Of a stretch of 64,000 nucleotides of DNA, positions 9,475 through 19,062 are shown piece by piece. Origin of the DNA: Candidatus Lustribacter sp. (GTDB lineage: Bacteria; Vulcanimicrobiota; Vulcanimicrobiia; Vulcanimicrobiales; Vulcanimicrobiaceae); the NCBI GenBank assembly GCA_965277805.1, contig OZ255842.1, positions 1,792,001 through 1,856,000 of the forward strand, in the 5' to 3' direction. The translations under genes and the position numbers were made by a program. Positions within the stretch are counted from its first letter, which is position 1. Every line of letters begins with the position of its first letter. A model generated the notes under the pieces. The model was given only the letters and a program-made list of their open reading frames with translations, had not been told where the DNA came from and ran no database searches.

Positions 9475-10482
9475 ATGCCGTTGCGCGCCGTCGTCACCGG
9501 TGGATGCGGTTTCATCGGAAGCCATCTGACCGAACGTCTCCTCGCGTCCGGATATCACGTCACGGTCATCGACAACCTGAGCACGGGCCGGCGCGAAAAC
9601 CTCAAGACGATCGAACCGCATCCGCAGCTCGCCGTTCGCATCGCCGATATCCGCGATGCCGCCGCGATCGCGCCGCACTTCGCCGATGCCGAAATCGTCT
9701 ATCATCTCGCGGCGCTGGCCGACATCGTGCCGTCGATTCAACGGCCCGAAGACTACTTCACCACCAATGTGGACGGCACGTTCAACGTCGTGCAGGCCGC
9801 GCGCGCGTCCGGCGTGCGGCGCGTCGTCTACGCCGCGTCATCTTCGTGTTACGGCATTCCCGACGTCTACCCGACGCCCGAAACCGCTCCCACGCGCCCG
9901 CAATATCCGTACGCCTTGAGCAAGTTGCTCGGCGAACAGATCGTGCTGCACTGGAATCTCGTCTACGGCGTCTCCGCGCTTTCGCTGCGTTTCTTCAACG
10001 TCTACGGCCCGCGCGCGCGCACGACCGGCACCTACGGGGCCGTGTTCGGCGTGTTCCTCGCGCAGCGCATGGCCGGCAAGCCGTATACGGTCGTGGGTGA
10101 CGGTACCCAGACGCGCGACTTCACCTACGTGACCGACGTCGCGGCCGCCGTGCAGTGCGCCGGCGAAAGCGCGCTTTCGGGCGAAATTCTCAACGTCGGC
10201 TCGGGCGGTACGTACAGCGTGAACGAACTCGTTGCGCAGCTCGGCGGCGAGGTAACCTACGTTCCCAAACGCCCGGGCGAACCCGATTGCACGTTTGCCG
10301 ACGTCCACAAGATCGAAGAGCTGCTGGGCTGGAAGGCGAGCGTTCCGTTTGCCGACGGCGTGCGCACGATGCTCGACCACGCCGAAGATTGGCGCGACGC
10401 ACCGGTGTGGGAACCGGCATCGATCGCCGAAGCGACGCGCGACTGGTTTCGTTTCCTGCAAAAAGATCCGGTGAAGTCGTGA
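9475..10482 (+). CDS. NAD-dependent epimerase/dehydratase (extended SDR)
   Basis: VTGGCGFIGSH, YALSK (YxxxK), RFFNVYGPR and GDGTQTRDFTYV motifs. Confidence 0.93.
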   Translation: MPLRAVVTGGCGFIGSHLTERLLASGYHVTVIDNLSTGRRENLKTIEPHPQLAVRIADIRDAAAIAPHFADAEIVYHLAALADIVPSIQRPEDYFTTNVDGTFNVVQAARASGVRRVVYAASSSCYGIPDVYPTPETAPTRPQYPYALSKLLGEQIVLHWNLVYGVSALSLRFFNVYGPRARTTGTYGAVFGVFLAQRMAGKPYTVVGDGTQTRDFTYVTDVAAAVQCAGESALSGEILNVGSGGTYSVNELVAQLGGEVTYVPKRPGEPDCTFADVHKIEELLGWKASVPFADGVRTMLDHAEDWRDAPVWEPASIAEATRDWFRFLQKDPVKS

Positions 10483-12014
10483 GCGTCGATACGAGCCCGG
10501 CGCCGAAAATTCACGAGCTCGACGAGCTGGGCGCGATCGTCGCGCGCGAGCGCGCGTCCGGCAAGAGCGTCGTGCATTGTCATGGCGTGTTCGATCTGCT
10601 CCACATCGGTCACATCCGGCACTTCAGCGAAGCACGCGCTCAGGGCGAACTGCTCGTGGTCACGCTCACCGAAGACAAGCACGTCAACAAAGGGCCTAAT
10701 CGCCCGGCATTCCCCGAAGGCTTGCGCGCCGAAGCGATCGCGGCGCTCTCCGCGGTCGACTACGTTGCGATCAGCCGTCACGCGACCGCGGTGCCGGCGA
10801 TAGCGACGATCCGTCCCGACGTGTACGTGAAAGGCCCGGATTACCGCAATCCGGCCGACGACGTTTCGGGCGGCATCGCGCTCGAAGAGGCGGCCGTGCG
10901 CGAACACGGCGGACGCATTCACATCACCGACGACGTCTCCTTCAGCTCGTCAACCCTGATCAACCAGTTCATGCCGGCCTACGCTGGCGACGTGCACGAC
11001 TATTTGGCCGACTTCCGCTCGCGACATCGCGCGAGCGACATCGTCGAACGCATCGAAGCGCTGCGCAAGCTCAAGACCGTCGTCATCGGCGACACGATCC
11101 TCGATGAGTACGTCTACTGCGAGCAAATGGGTAAGTCGGCCAAGGAACCGGTGCTCGCGATGCGCTACGCCTCGGCCGAAATGTTCGCCGGCGGTTCGCT
11201 CGCCGTGGCCAATCACGCCGCCAACTTCTGCAACACCGTCGAACTCATCACGTACTTGGGCGATCGCGATCCGCGCGAAGACTTCGTGCGCACGCACCTG
11301 CTGCCGAACGTCCGCACGAACTTCGTCTATAAGTCCGACTCGCCGACGATCGTCAAGCGCCGCTACGTCGAATCGTACTTACAGTCGAAACTCTTCGAAG
11401 TCTGTGTCCTCAACGACGAGTTGCTGACGCCCCAAGAGGATGCGCTCTTGTGCGCGCTGATCGACGAGCGCGTGAGCAACGGCGACGCGACGATCGTGGC
11501 CGACTTCGGACACGGATTGATGACCCCCGCCGCGATCGAACGCATCGCCGAGCGCGCCCGATTTCTGGCGGTCAACACGCAGATCAACGCCGCCAACATC
11601 GGCTACCACACGATTACGAAATATCCGCGCGCCGACTACATCTGCATCCACGAGGGCGAGGTGCGAGTCGACGCGCGCAGCCGGCGCGCGCCGCTAGCAG
11701 GTCTGGTCGAAGCACTGGCCCTCAAGATGGGCGGCTCGAAGGTACTGGTCACGCAGGGCAAACGCGGCAGCACGCTCTTTGCCGATCGCCGGCAATTCGA
11801 AAGCCCGGCGTTCGTGAGCACGGTCGTCGACCGCATCGGTTCGGGCGATGCGGTGCTCGCGATCACATCGATGTGCGTCGCCGCGCAGATGGAGCCGGAA
11901 GTCGTGAGCTTCCTCTCCAACGTCGTGGGCGCGATGAAGGTGCAGATCGTCGGAAACCGCTCGGCCGTCGACCGCACGGCGTTGCTGAAGTTCGTGCAGA
12001 CGCTGCTCAAATGA
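10479..12014 (+). CDS. Bifunctional nucleotidyltransferase (N-terminal) / PfkB sugar kinase (C-terminal), HldE-like with reversed domain order
   Basis: HGVFDLLHIGH and YVKGPDY in the N-terminal part; GDTILDEY and DRIGSGDA in the C-terminal part. GTG start overlaps the upstream TGA. Confidence 0.88.
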   Translation: MSVDTSPAPKIHELDELGAIVARERASGKSVVHCHGVFDLLHIGHIRHFSEARAQGELLVVTLTEDKHVNKGPNRPAFPEGLRAEAIAALSAVDYVAISRHATAVPAIATIRPDVYVKGPDYRNPADDVSGGIALEEAAVREHGGRIHITDDVSFSSSTLINQFMPAYAGDVHDYLADFRSRHRASDIVERIEALRKLKTVVIGDTILDEYVYCEQMGKSAKEPVLAMRYASAEMFAGGSLAVANHAANFCNTVELITYLGDRDPREDFVRTHLLPNVRTNFVYKSDSPTIVKRRYVESYLQSKLFEVCVLNDELLTPQEDALLCALIDERVSNGDATIVADFGHGLMTPAAIERIAERARFLAVNTQINAANIGYHTITKYPRADYICIHEGEVRVDARSRRAPLAGLVEALALKMGGSKVLVTQGKRGSTLFADRRQFESPAFVSTVVDRIGSGDAVLAITSMCVAAQMEPEVVSFLSNVVGAMKVQIVGNRSAVDRTALLKFVQTLLK

Positions 12015-13003
12015 TCGTCGAGGAAGCGCGCGCTAACGCCCGGCTCGTCTCGCTGTACCGCGAGATGCTGCGCATTCGCATGGTCGAAGAGACGATCGCC
12101 GACCGTTACGGCGAGCAAGAGATGCGCTGCCCGGTGCACTTGAGCATCGGGCAAGAAGGCGTCGCCGTCGGTGTCAGCGCGGCATTGCGCAAAGACGATT
12201 ACATGATCTCGACCCACCGCGGTCACGCGCACTACCTTGCCAAGGGCGGCGATCTTCCGGCGTTCATCGCCGAACTTTACGGCCGCGAAACGGGCTGCTC
12301 GGGCGGACGCGGCGGCTCGATGCACATTATCGATCGCAGTGTCGGTATGATCGGCTCCACGCCGATCGTCGGCGGCAGCTTGCCGATCGCGGTCGGCACC
12401 GCGTTCGCCACGCGCCTCGATGGCGGCGACCGCGTGACCGTCGTGTACTTCGGCGACGGCACGACCGAAGAAGGTGTCTTCCTCGAAGCGCTCAACTTCG
12501 CCGCGCTCAAGGCACTCAATGTGATCTTCGTGTGCGAGAACAACGGCTTCTCCGTCTACTCGCCGCTCTCGGTGCGCCAGCATCCCAACCGCAGCCGCGT
12601 CGCGATCGCGGCCGCCAACGGCCTCGCGACCGGAACGGCCGACGGCAACGACGTCGTCGCCGTCTACGACGCCGCCAAGATCGCGGTCGAGCGCGCGCGC
12701 AACGGCGGGGGCCCGACATTCCTCGAATTCGATACGTTCCGGCACCGCGAACACTGCGGTCCCTTCTTCGACGACGACCTTGGCTACCGCGATCCGGCGT
12801 TCGTCGCCGATTGGCTCGCTCGCGACCCGGTAACCTCGCTCGAACGCACACTGCTGGGCGGCGGCACGCTCGATGCGGCCGCGCAAGGCGAGATCGCGGA
12901 CGAACTGCGCAGCGAGATCGACGCCGCGTTCGCCTTTGCCAAAGCGTCGCCGTTTCCGCCGGCGTCCGATCTGTCCCGCCACATCTACGCGGAAGACGTC
13001 TGA
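12011..13003 (+). CDS. TPP-dependent dehydrogenase E1 alpha-like subunit
   Basis: HLSIGQE, THRGH, GRGGSMH and the GDG...ENN TPP motif. ATGA overlap with the upstream stop. Confidence 0.92.
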   Translation: MIVEEARANARLVSLYREMLRIRMVEETIADRYGEQEMRCPVHLSIGQEGVAVGVSAALRKDDYMISTHRGHAHYLAKGGDLPAFIAELYGRETGCSGGRGGSMHIIDRSVGMIGSTPIVGGSLPIAVGTAFATRLDGGDRVTVVYFGDGTTEEGVFLEALNFAALKALNVIFVCENNGFSVYSPLSVRQHPNRSRVAIAAANGLATGTADGNDVVAVYDAAKIAVERARNGGGPTFLEFDTFRHREHCGPFFDDDLGYRDPAFVADWLARDPVTSLERTLLGGGTLDAAAQGEIADELRSEIDAAFAFAKASPFPPASDLSRHIYAEDV

Positions 13004-14067
13004 TGACCGCGCGCACGATCACCTACGCCGAAGCGTTGCGCGAGGGCACGGCCGTCGCGATGGCCGCCGATCCGTCGACGTTCCTCATGGGTCTGGGCGT
13101 GCCCGATCCGAAGGCGATCTTCGGCACGACGACGGGTTTGCAAGCGCAGTTCGGATCTGAGCGCGTGCTCGATATGCCGACGGCCGAGAACGGCATGACC
13201 GGCGTCGCGATCGGCGCAGCGCTCGTCGGCAAGCGCCCGATCATGGTGCACCAGCGCGTCGATTTTACGCTGCTCGCCCTCGATCAGATCGCCAACAGCG
13301 CGGCCAAATGGTCCACGATGTTCAACGGTCAGGGTTCCGTACCGCTCACGATTCGCATGATCATGGGCCGCGGGTGGGGCCAAGGTCCGCAGCATTCGCA
13401 GAACCTGCAAGCCACTTACGGACACTTCCCCGGCTTAAAAGTCGTGATGCCGTCGACACCGCACGATGCGAAGGGCCTGCTGATCGCGGCGATCGAGGAC
13501 AACAACCCGACGATCGTACTCGAGCACCGCTGGCTCGGCAACACGATCGGTGCGGTGCCCGAGGGTCATTATTCGATCGAACTGGGCAAAGCGCGCATCG
13601 CGCGCAACGGCACCGACGTGACGCTCGCTGCCAGCGGCTACTCGACGCTCGAATCGCTGCGCGCCGCCGAACTCTTGGCCGAAGACGGCATCGATTGCGA
13701 AGTCGTCGACCTGCGCACGATCAAGCCGCTCGATGGCGCGACGATCGTCGCGTCGGCGGCCCGCACCGGCCGCTTCGTCGCCGTCGACTCGGGCTGGAAA
13801 ACGTTCGGCATCGCGGGCGAGCTGGTCGCGCTCGTTTCCGAGAACGCGTTCAGCAGCCTCAAGGCCGCACCGGTGCGCGTGACGCCGCCAGACGCATACG
13901 TGCCGACCACGAAGTCCCTGGCTAACGCGTACTATCCGTCGACCACCACGATCGTCAACGCGGTGCGCGCGATGTTCGGGCGCGAGCCCAAAACGGAACG
14001 CGAGCTGGGTTTCGATCCCGACCGCTTGCTCGACGTTCCCGACGCGTCGTTTCGCGGACCGTTCTAG
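13003..14067 (+). CDS. TPP-dependent dehydrogenase E1 beta-like subunit
   Basis: DMPTAEN, GPQHSQ, PGLKVVMPSTPHDAKGLL and EVVDLRTIKPLD motifs. TGATG overlap. Confidence 0.92.
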   Translation: MTARTITYAEALREGTAVAMAADPSTFLMGLGVPDPKAIFGTTTGLQAQFGSERVLDMPTAENGMTGVAIGAALVGKRPIMVHQRVDFTLLALDQIANSAAKWSTMFNGQGSVPLTIRMIMGRGWGQGPQHSQNLQATYGHFPGLKVVMPSTPHDAKGLLIAAIEDNNPTIVLEHRWLGNTIGAVPEGHYSIELGKARIARNGTDVTLAASGYSTLESLRAAELLAEDGIDCEVVDLRTIKPLDGATIVASAARTGRFVAVDSGWKTFGIAGELVALVSENAFSSLKAAPVRVTPPDAYVPTTKSLANAYYPSTTTIVNAVRAMFGREPKTERELGFDPDRLLDVPDASFRGPF

Positions 14068-14068
14068 C

Positions 14069-15196
14069 ATGACGCAAACGGTCACGGATCCGGTTCCCTA
14101 CGTCGATCTCGCCGCGCAGCACGCGCCGCTCAAGGCCGAGATCCTCGCCGCCGTCGAGCGCGTGCTCGATCGCGGCGACTTCATTCTCGGCGGTGCGGTC
14201 GAAGCGTTCGAACAACGTCTCGCGACGGTGATCGGCGTGCGCTTCGCGATCGGCTGCGGCAACGGCACCGACGCGCTGCAGCTCTCGCTGCGCGCGCTCG
14301 ACATCGGCGCGGGCGACGAGGTGATCACGCCGCCCAACTCGTTCGTCGCATCGACGTCCTGCATTCGTTTGGCCGGCGCGATGCCGGTGTTCGTCGACGT
14401 CGACGAGACTTACAACATCGATCCCGCCAAGATCGAAGCCGCGATAACGCCGCGCACGAAGGCGATCATGCCGGTGCACCTCACCGGCCGTCCGGCGCAC
14501 ATGGAACGCATCCTCGCCATCGCGGCGAAGCACAAGCTCGCAGTCGTCGAAGACGCCGCGCAAGCGATCCTGGCCGAGTTCGACGGCAAGAAGGTCGGCT
14601 CAACCGGCACCCTCGGCTGCTTCAGCCTCCATCCGCTCAAAACGCTCAACGCGTGCGGCGACGGCGGCGTCGTCACGACGAACGACGAGCGGTTGGCAAC
14701 GCGGCTGCGCGTGCTGCGCAACCTTGGTCTGCGCACGCGCGACGATTGCGCCGAATGGTCGGTCAACTCGCGCCTCGACACGCTCCAGGCGGCGATCTTG
14801 CTCGTGAAGCTCGACCATCTCGAAGCCTGGACCGATGCCCGGCGCGCGAACGCGGCGCGCTATCGCAGCCTGCTCGCCGGGATTGCGGGACTGACGCTCC
14901 CGACCGACTCGGCGCGCGAACGTCAGGTCTATCACACGTTCGTCGTGCAGGCCGAACGGCGCGAAGCACTGCGCGGCTTCCTCGGCGAACGCGGCATCGG
15001 CACGTCGGTGCACTACCCCGTGCCGATCCATCTGCACACCGCCGCGCGCGAACTGGGTCACCAGCGCGGCGCGTTCCCGGTGACCGAACGCCAGGCCGGC
15101 CGCATTCTCAGCCTGCCCGTGCACACGACGCTCCGTCCCGATCAAATCGACCGCGTTGCGGCATCGATCCGGGAATTCTACGAGGGATCCCGATGA
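14069..15196 (+). CDS. DegT/DnrJ/EryC1/StrS sugar aminotransferase
   Basis: NGTDAL, EDAAQA, FSLHPLKTL (PLP lysine), GDGG and NSRLD motifs. Confidence 0.93.
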   Translation: MTQTVTDPVPYVDLAAQHAPLKAEILAAVERVLDRGDFILGGAVEAFEQRLATVIGVRFAIGCGNGTDALQLSLRALDIGAGDEVITPPNSFVASTSCIRLAGAMPVFVDVDETYNIDPAKIEAAITPRTKAIMPVHLTGRPAHMERILAIAAKHKLAVVEDAAQAILAEFDGKKVGSTGTLGCFSLHPLKTLNACGDGGVVTTNDERLATRLRVLRNLGLRTRDDCAEWSVNSRLDTLQAAILLVKLDHLEAWTDARRANAARYRSLLAGIAGLTLPTDSARERQVYHTFVVQAERREALRGFLGERGIGTSVHYPVPIHLHTAARELGHQRGAFPVTERQAGRILSLPVHTTLRPDQIDRVAASIREFYEGSR

Positions 15197-16329
15197 CTTC
15201 TGCCGTCAAAGCACCGCAAACGGTGCCCTTCTCCTACCTCGACCGGCAGTTTGCCAACCTCGACGATTACCTCGCCGACATTCGCGAACTGGTGCTTACC
15301 GGCGATTTCACGCTCGGCAAAGCCGTGACCGAATTCGAGCAGCGCTTCGCGAAGATGATCGGGCTGCCGTACGCGATCGGCGTCAACTCGGGTACCGACT
15401 CGCTGATCTTGCCGATGAAGCTGCTGGGCATCGGCCCGGGCGACGAAGTGATCACCTCGCCCAACACGTTCATCGCCACGGTGGGTGCGATCGCGATGAC
15501 CGGTGCGACGCCGGTGTTCACCGACAGCAATGAGCAGTACGTGATGGACCCCGGCTTGATCGAAGCAGCGATCACGCCGCGCACGAAGGCGATCATGCCG
15601 GTGCACTATACCGGCGCGATGGCCGACATGCCGCGCATCGCCGAAATCGCAAAGAAGCACAACCTCATGATCTTCGAGGACGCGTGCCAATCGATCAAGG
15701 CCGCGATGGACGGTAAGCCCGCCGGATCGTGGGGTCTCACGGCCGGCTACAGCCTGCACCCGCTCAAGAACCTCAACGTGTGGGGCGATGCCGGCGTGAT
15801 CGTTACCACCTCGAAAGATCTCTACGACCGGCTGCGTCTTTATCGCAATCACGGCCTGGTCGGCCGCGACGAGGTCGCCTTCTTCGGCCACAACTCGCGC
15901 CTCGACAGCCTGCAAGCGGTCGTCGGCAACAGGCTGATCGAGCAGACCGACTTCATCACCGACGGCAAGCGCGCGCACGCAAAGCGCTACGATGAGGCGT
16001 TCGCCGATATGGCGCCGATGATTCGCGTGCCGTATCGCGACCCGCGCGTGCACCACGTGTTCCATCTCTATATGCTGCGCGTGCAAAAGCGCGACGAGCT
16101 GTTGAAGTACCTCAACGATCGCGGCGTGGAAGCGAAGATCCACTATCCGGTTCCGGTACACTTGCAGCCGGCCGCCGCACATCTCGGGTACAAGGCCGGC
16201 GACTTCCCGGTGACCGAGGAAGATTCGCGCGTGTGCATCACGTTGCCGGCCCATCAGCACCTGACCACGGACGAAGTCTCTTACGCGATCGAGATGGTGC
16301 GCTCGTTCTACGGCGTCAAGAAAGGTTAG
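15193..16329 (+). CDS. DegT/DnrJ/EryC1/StrS sugar aminotransferase (second copy)
   Basis: NSGTDSL, EDACQS, SLHPLKNL and NSRLD motifs. ATGA overlap. Confidence 0.93.
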   Translation: MTSAVKAPQTVPFSYLDRQFANLDDYLADIRELVLTGDFTLGKAVTEFEQRFAKMIGLPYAIGVNSGTDSLILPMKLLGIGPGDEVITSPNTFIATVGAIAMTGATPVFTDSNEQYVMDPGLIEAAITPRTKAIMPVHYTGAMADMPRIAEIAKKHNLMIFEDACQSIKAAMDGKPAGSWGLTAGYSLHPLKNLNVWGDAGVIVTTSKDLYDRLRLYRNHGLVGRDEVAFFGHNSRLDSLQAVVGNRLIEQTDFITDGKRAHAKRYDEAFADMAPMIRVPYRDPRVHHVFHLYMLRVQKRDELLKYLNDRGVEAKIHYPVPVHLQPAAAHLGYKAGDFPVTEEDSRVCITLPAHQHLTTDEVSYAIEMVRSFYGVKKG

Positions 16330-16336
16330 CTCAAGC

Positions 16337-17359
16337 GTGAAACGGACCGTTCTCGTTACCGGCGGTGCCGGATACGTCGGCGCGATGCTCGTGCCGAAAC
16401 TGCTCGCGCGCGGCTTCGCCGTCCGCGTGCTCGACTGCTACTATTACGGCCGCGAACCGCTGGCGCTGTTCGCCGGCGCCGAAGGGCTCGAAGAAATCGA
16501 TGCCGACCTGCGCGACCGCGCCGCCGTGAACCGCGCCGTCGAGGGCTGCGATAGTGTGATCCACCTGGCCTGTATCTCGAACGATCCCTCATTCGAACTC
16601 GATCCCGATCTCGGCAAGTCGATCAACTTCGATGCCTTCGAACCCCTCGTCGATGCCGCAAAGCGGGCCGGCGTCAAACGCTTCATCTACGCGTCGTCGA
16701 GCTCCGTGTACGGCGTGAGCGAAGCACCGGAGGTGCGCGAAGACCATCCGCTGCTCGCCCTCACCGACTACAGCAAATACAAAGCCATGTGCGAACCGAT
16801 CGCGCTCGCGGCGAACAGCAAAGACTTCGAGGTCGTCGTTCTGCGCCCGGCAACGGTGTGCGGTTACTCGACCCGGATGCGCTTCGACCTCTCGGTGAAC
16901 ATCCTCACCAACCACGCGGTCAACAACAAGAAGATCCTGGTGTTCGGCGGCTCGCAAATGCGTCCCAACATCCACATCGACGACATCACCGATCTCTACG
17001 TCGACTTGCTCGACGAGCGCTCCGAACTGATCGCCGGCGAGATCTTCAACGCCGGTTATCAGAACCGCTCGATCGCCGACATCGCGGGCATCGTAAAAGC
17101 GGTCGTCGAGCGCGAAATGCCCGAACTCGGCGCCGTTGCGATCGAAACTCAAACGACCGACGACCTGCGCTCCTACCGCGTCAACTCCGACAAGATCGAA
17201 CGCGTCCTCGGCTTCAAGACGCGGCATACGATCGAGGAGGCCGTGCGCGACCTCACCCGCGCCTTCCGCGCCGGCCGCTTCCCGAACAGCATGACCGATC
17301 CGCGCTACTTCAACGTGAAGCTCATGAAAGACGCTGGGGCGGAGCCAGCGATGTCGTAG
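16337..17359 (+). CDS. NAD-dependent epimerase/dehydratase (extended SDR)
   Basis: VTGGAGYVG, HLACISNDP, YSKYK and R.RFDLSVN motifs. Confidence 0.9.
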   Translation: MKRTVLVTGGAGYVGAMLVPKLLARGFAVRVLDCYYYGREPLALFAGAEGLEEIDADLRDRAAVNRAVEGCDSVIHLACISNDPSFELDPDLGKSINFDAFEPLVDAAKRAGVKRFIYASSSSVYGVSEAPEVREDHPLLALTDYSKYKAMCEPIALAANSKDFEVVVLRPATVCGYSTRMRFDLSVNILTNHAVNNKKILVFGGSQMRPNIHIDDITDLYVDLLDERSELIAGEIFNAGYQNRSIADIAGIVKAVVEREMPELGAVAIETQTTDDLRSYRVNSDKIERVLGFKTRHTIEEAVRDLTRAFRAGRFPNSMTDPRYFNVKLMKDAGAEPAMS

Positions 17360-19055
17360 GCGGGAACACCTCACCCTTGGGACGCGTGGCGACGTTGGCC
17401 AGCATTGCCGCCCGCTGTTCTGTGATCCAAGGGCGATCCGGCCGCGCATGAAGCTCGTCGAAGATTCGCCGCAGCTCCATCACCGAGTCCGCCTTAGCCG
17501 AGAAATTATCGGTGTGAATCCGCCACTCGCACGTAAACTGATCGACGTACGCAAACGAGTAACGTTGCAGCGCACGGAGCTGAAACTCCTGATCGGATAA
17601 GCTCAAATCTTCGCTCCAGCCGCCGACCTCATCGAGCAGGCTGCGCCGGAATAAGATCGAGTGGCCGGCGATGGGCGTACAGATCAGAGCTTCGCCCGGA
17701 GTCGCGGTTCCAATGAATTGGGATGCGTTGAAACCCCTCGTCAGCACCCCGTCGTCGTTTCGCACCACATAACGGATGAGTGTATTCGAATGCGCCAGCG
17801 GCTCGCCGGAACGGAGCATTGCGATCGCGAGCCGCTCGACGTGATCCGGATACAGCCAATCATCGTCCGAGAGCACTTGGAGAAAACCATCCTCCACGAG
17901 CCCAACTCCCGCCATGAACGCACGGGTCGCGCCGCCGTTCTGCCCCAAATCGAGCAGACGCGCAAAAGGATAGCGCGCCACGATGTCGTCCACTCGCTCG
18001 CCCGCATCGTTCACGACGACGGCTCGCACGTTCGGATATGTCTGCGCGCCGATACACTCGAGACAGCGAGCAAGATCGGCTCGCCGATTGAAGGTCGGTA
18101 TTACGATCGTGGCCGGCGGTACGTCGTGTACGGCGATCGGCAAACCGGCGCGGACGGGCGCCGGCGGCGGAGCGGGCGGCACGGCGCGCACCGACGCAGG
18201 CCGGCTCAGCGCCTTCGCTACGGCTACATAGAGCTGACGCGGCGACACCGTATCGAAGACTTGGACGTCGCGGATGAATTCGCTCGCACCCGAAGACACC
18301 GGCGCGACGACGCCGAAGCCGCGGCGCGCAAAGGCGATAGCGGCGCCCGGATCGGTCGCATCGGAAAGAACCACGCAGGCAGCGGTTGCGAGCGCATCTG
18401 CCACGCGCGGATCCGCGGGTTGCAGGGCGGTTGCATTCATACCCGCGGGCAAGATGCCGTCGGCCGAAACGATCGTCAGATCGGCATGGACTTCGGCCAG
18501 CGCAAATGCAAACAGCCGCACCGTTCCCGCATCGCGTTCCGGCGACCACAGGACGACTGCGGGGCGTTTCGCGGAACGCCGTTCGATGGGCGGCAACGGC
18601 GGCTCGACCACGACTACCTCATACGGATGCGGCTGGCGTGCCAGGCTCAGTAAACGGCCGTATTCCTGGTTCGAGCGGACGAGCATGGCCGAACTCAGCG
18701 CGAAAAACTCCATCACCGTCCGACGTAAGAGCTCGTCTTCGATATCCGGCACGGACAGATACTCGGGCCCTGATTTTCCACCGAGAATTACGCCACCGCT
18801 CGAGAAACCATACAGCATCGCACGTATGCGATCCGGATGCCGCGTGCCGTCCATCAGCGTCGACGACAGCGCCGTCATCGTCCGGTCACCGATCGGATCG
18901 AGGATCAGCAGCCCATAAAACGGCTCGCCTAACGCATGACGGCGAATCGCCTCGAGCAGTCCTTCCAACACATGGTTGGCGTCGATAACGATCGCCGACA
19001 TGTCGGGTAATCCGGCAGCATAGCTTTCGGCTTGCGGACCGTACGCACTGATCAC
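17322..19055 (-). CDS. Glycosyltransferase: uncharacterised N-terminal half plus C-terminal GT2 domain (paralog B)
   Basis: IVIPTFNR, QTYPN..VVVNDAG and LSDDD motifs. Close paralog of 19063-20799. Confidence 0.85.
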   Translation of the reverse strand: MISAYGPQAESYAAGLPDMSAIVIDANHVLEGLLEAIRRHALGEPFYGLLILDPIGDRTMTALSSTLMDGTRHPDRIRAMLYGFSSGGVILGGKSGPEYLSVPDIEDELLRRTVMEFFALSSAMLVRSNQEYGRLLSLARQPHPYEVVVVEPPLPPIERRSAKRPAVVLWSPERDAGTVRLFAFALAEVHADLTIVSADGILPAGMNATALQPADPRVADALATAACVVLSDATDPGAAIAFARRGFGVVAPVSSGASEFIRDVQVFDTVSPRQLYVAVAKALSRPASVRAVPPAPPPAPVRAGLPIAVHDVPPATIVIPTFNRRADLARCLECIGAQTYPNVRAVVVNDAGERVDDIVARYPFARLLDLGQNGGATRAFMAGVGLVEDGFLQVLSDDDWLYPDHVERLAIAMLRSGEPLAHSNTLIRYVVRNDDGVLTRGFNASQFIGTATPGEALICTPIAGHSILFRRSLLDEVGGWSEDLSLSDQEFQLRALQRYSFAYVDQFTCEWRIHTDNFSAKADSVMELRRIFDELHARPDRPWITEQRAAMLANVATRPKGEVFPPTTSLAPPQRLS

Positions 19056-19062
19056 GCGCGGC

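Noticed and set aside
10155-10478. N-terminal extensions in the ORF track (also 11450, 12532, 14653, 20898, 37450, 56427)
   Set aside because: They overlap upstream genes. Downstream starts with stop/start coupling or family-typical N-termini fit better.
14430-15606. Near-identical ~40-nt stretch in the two adjacent DegT genes
   Set aside because: Encodes the conserved IEAAITPRTKAIMPVH family motif; not a mobile or regulatory repeat.
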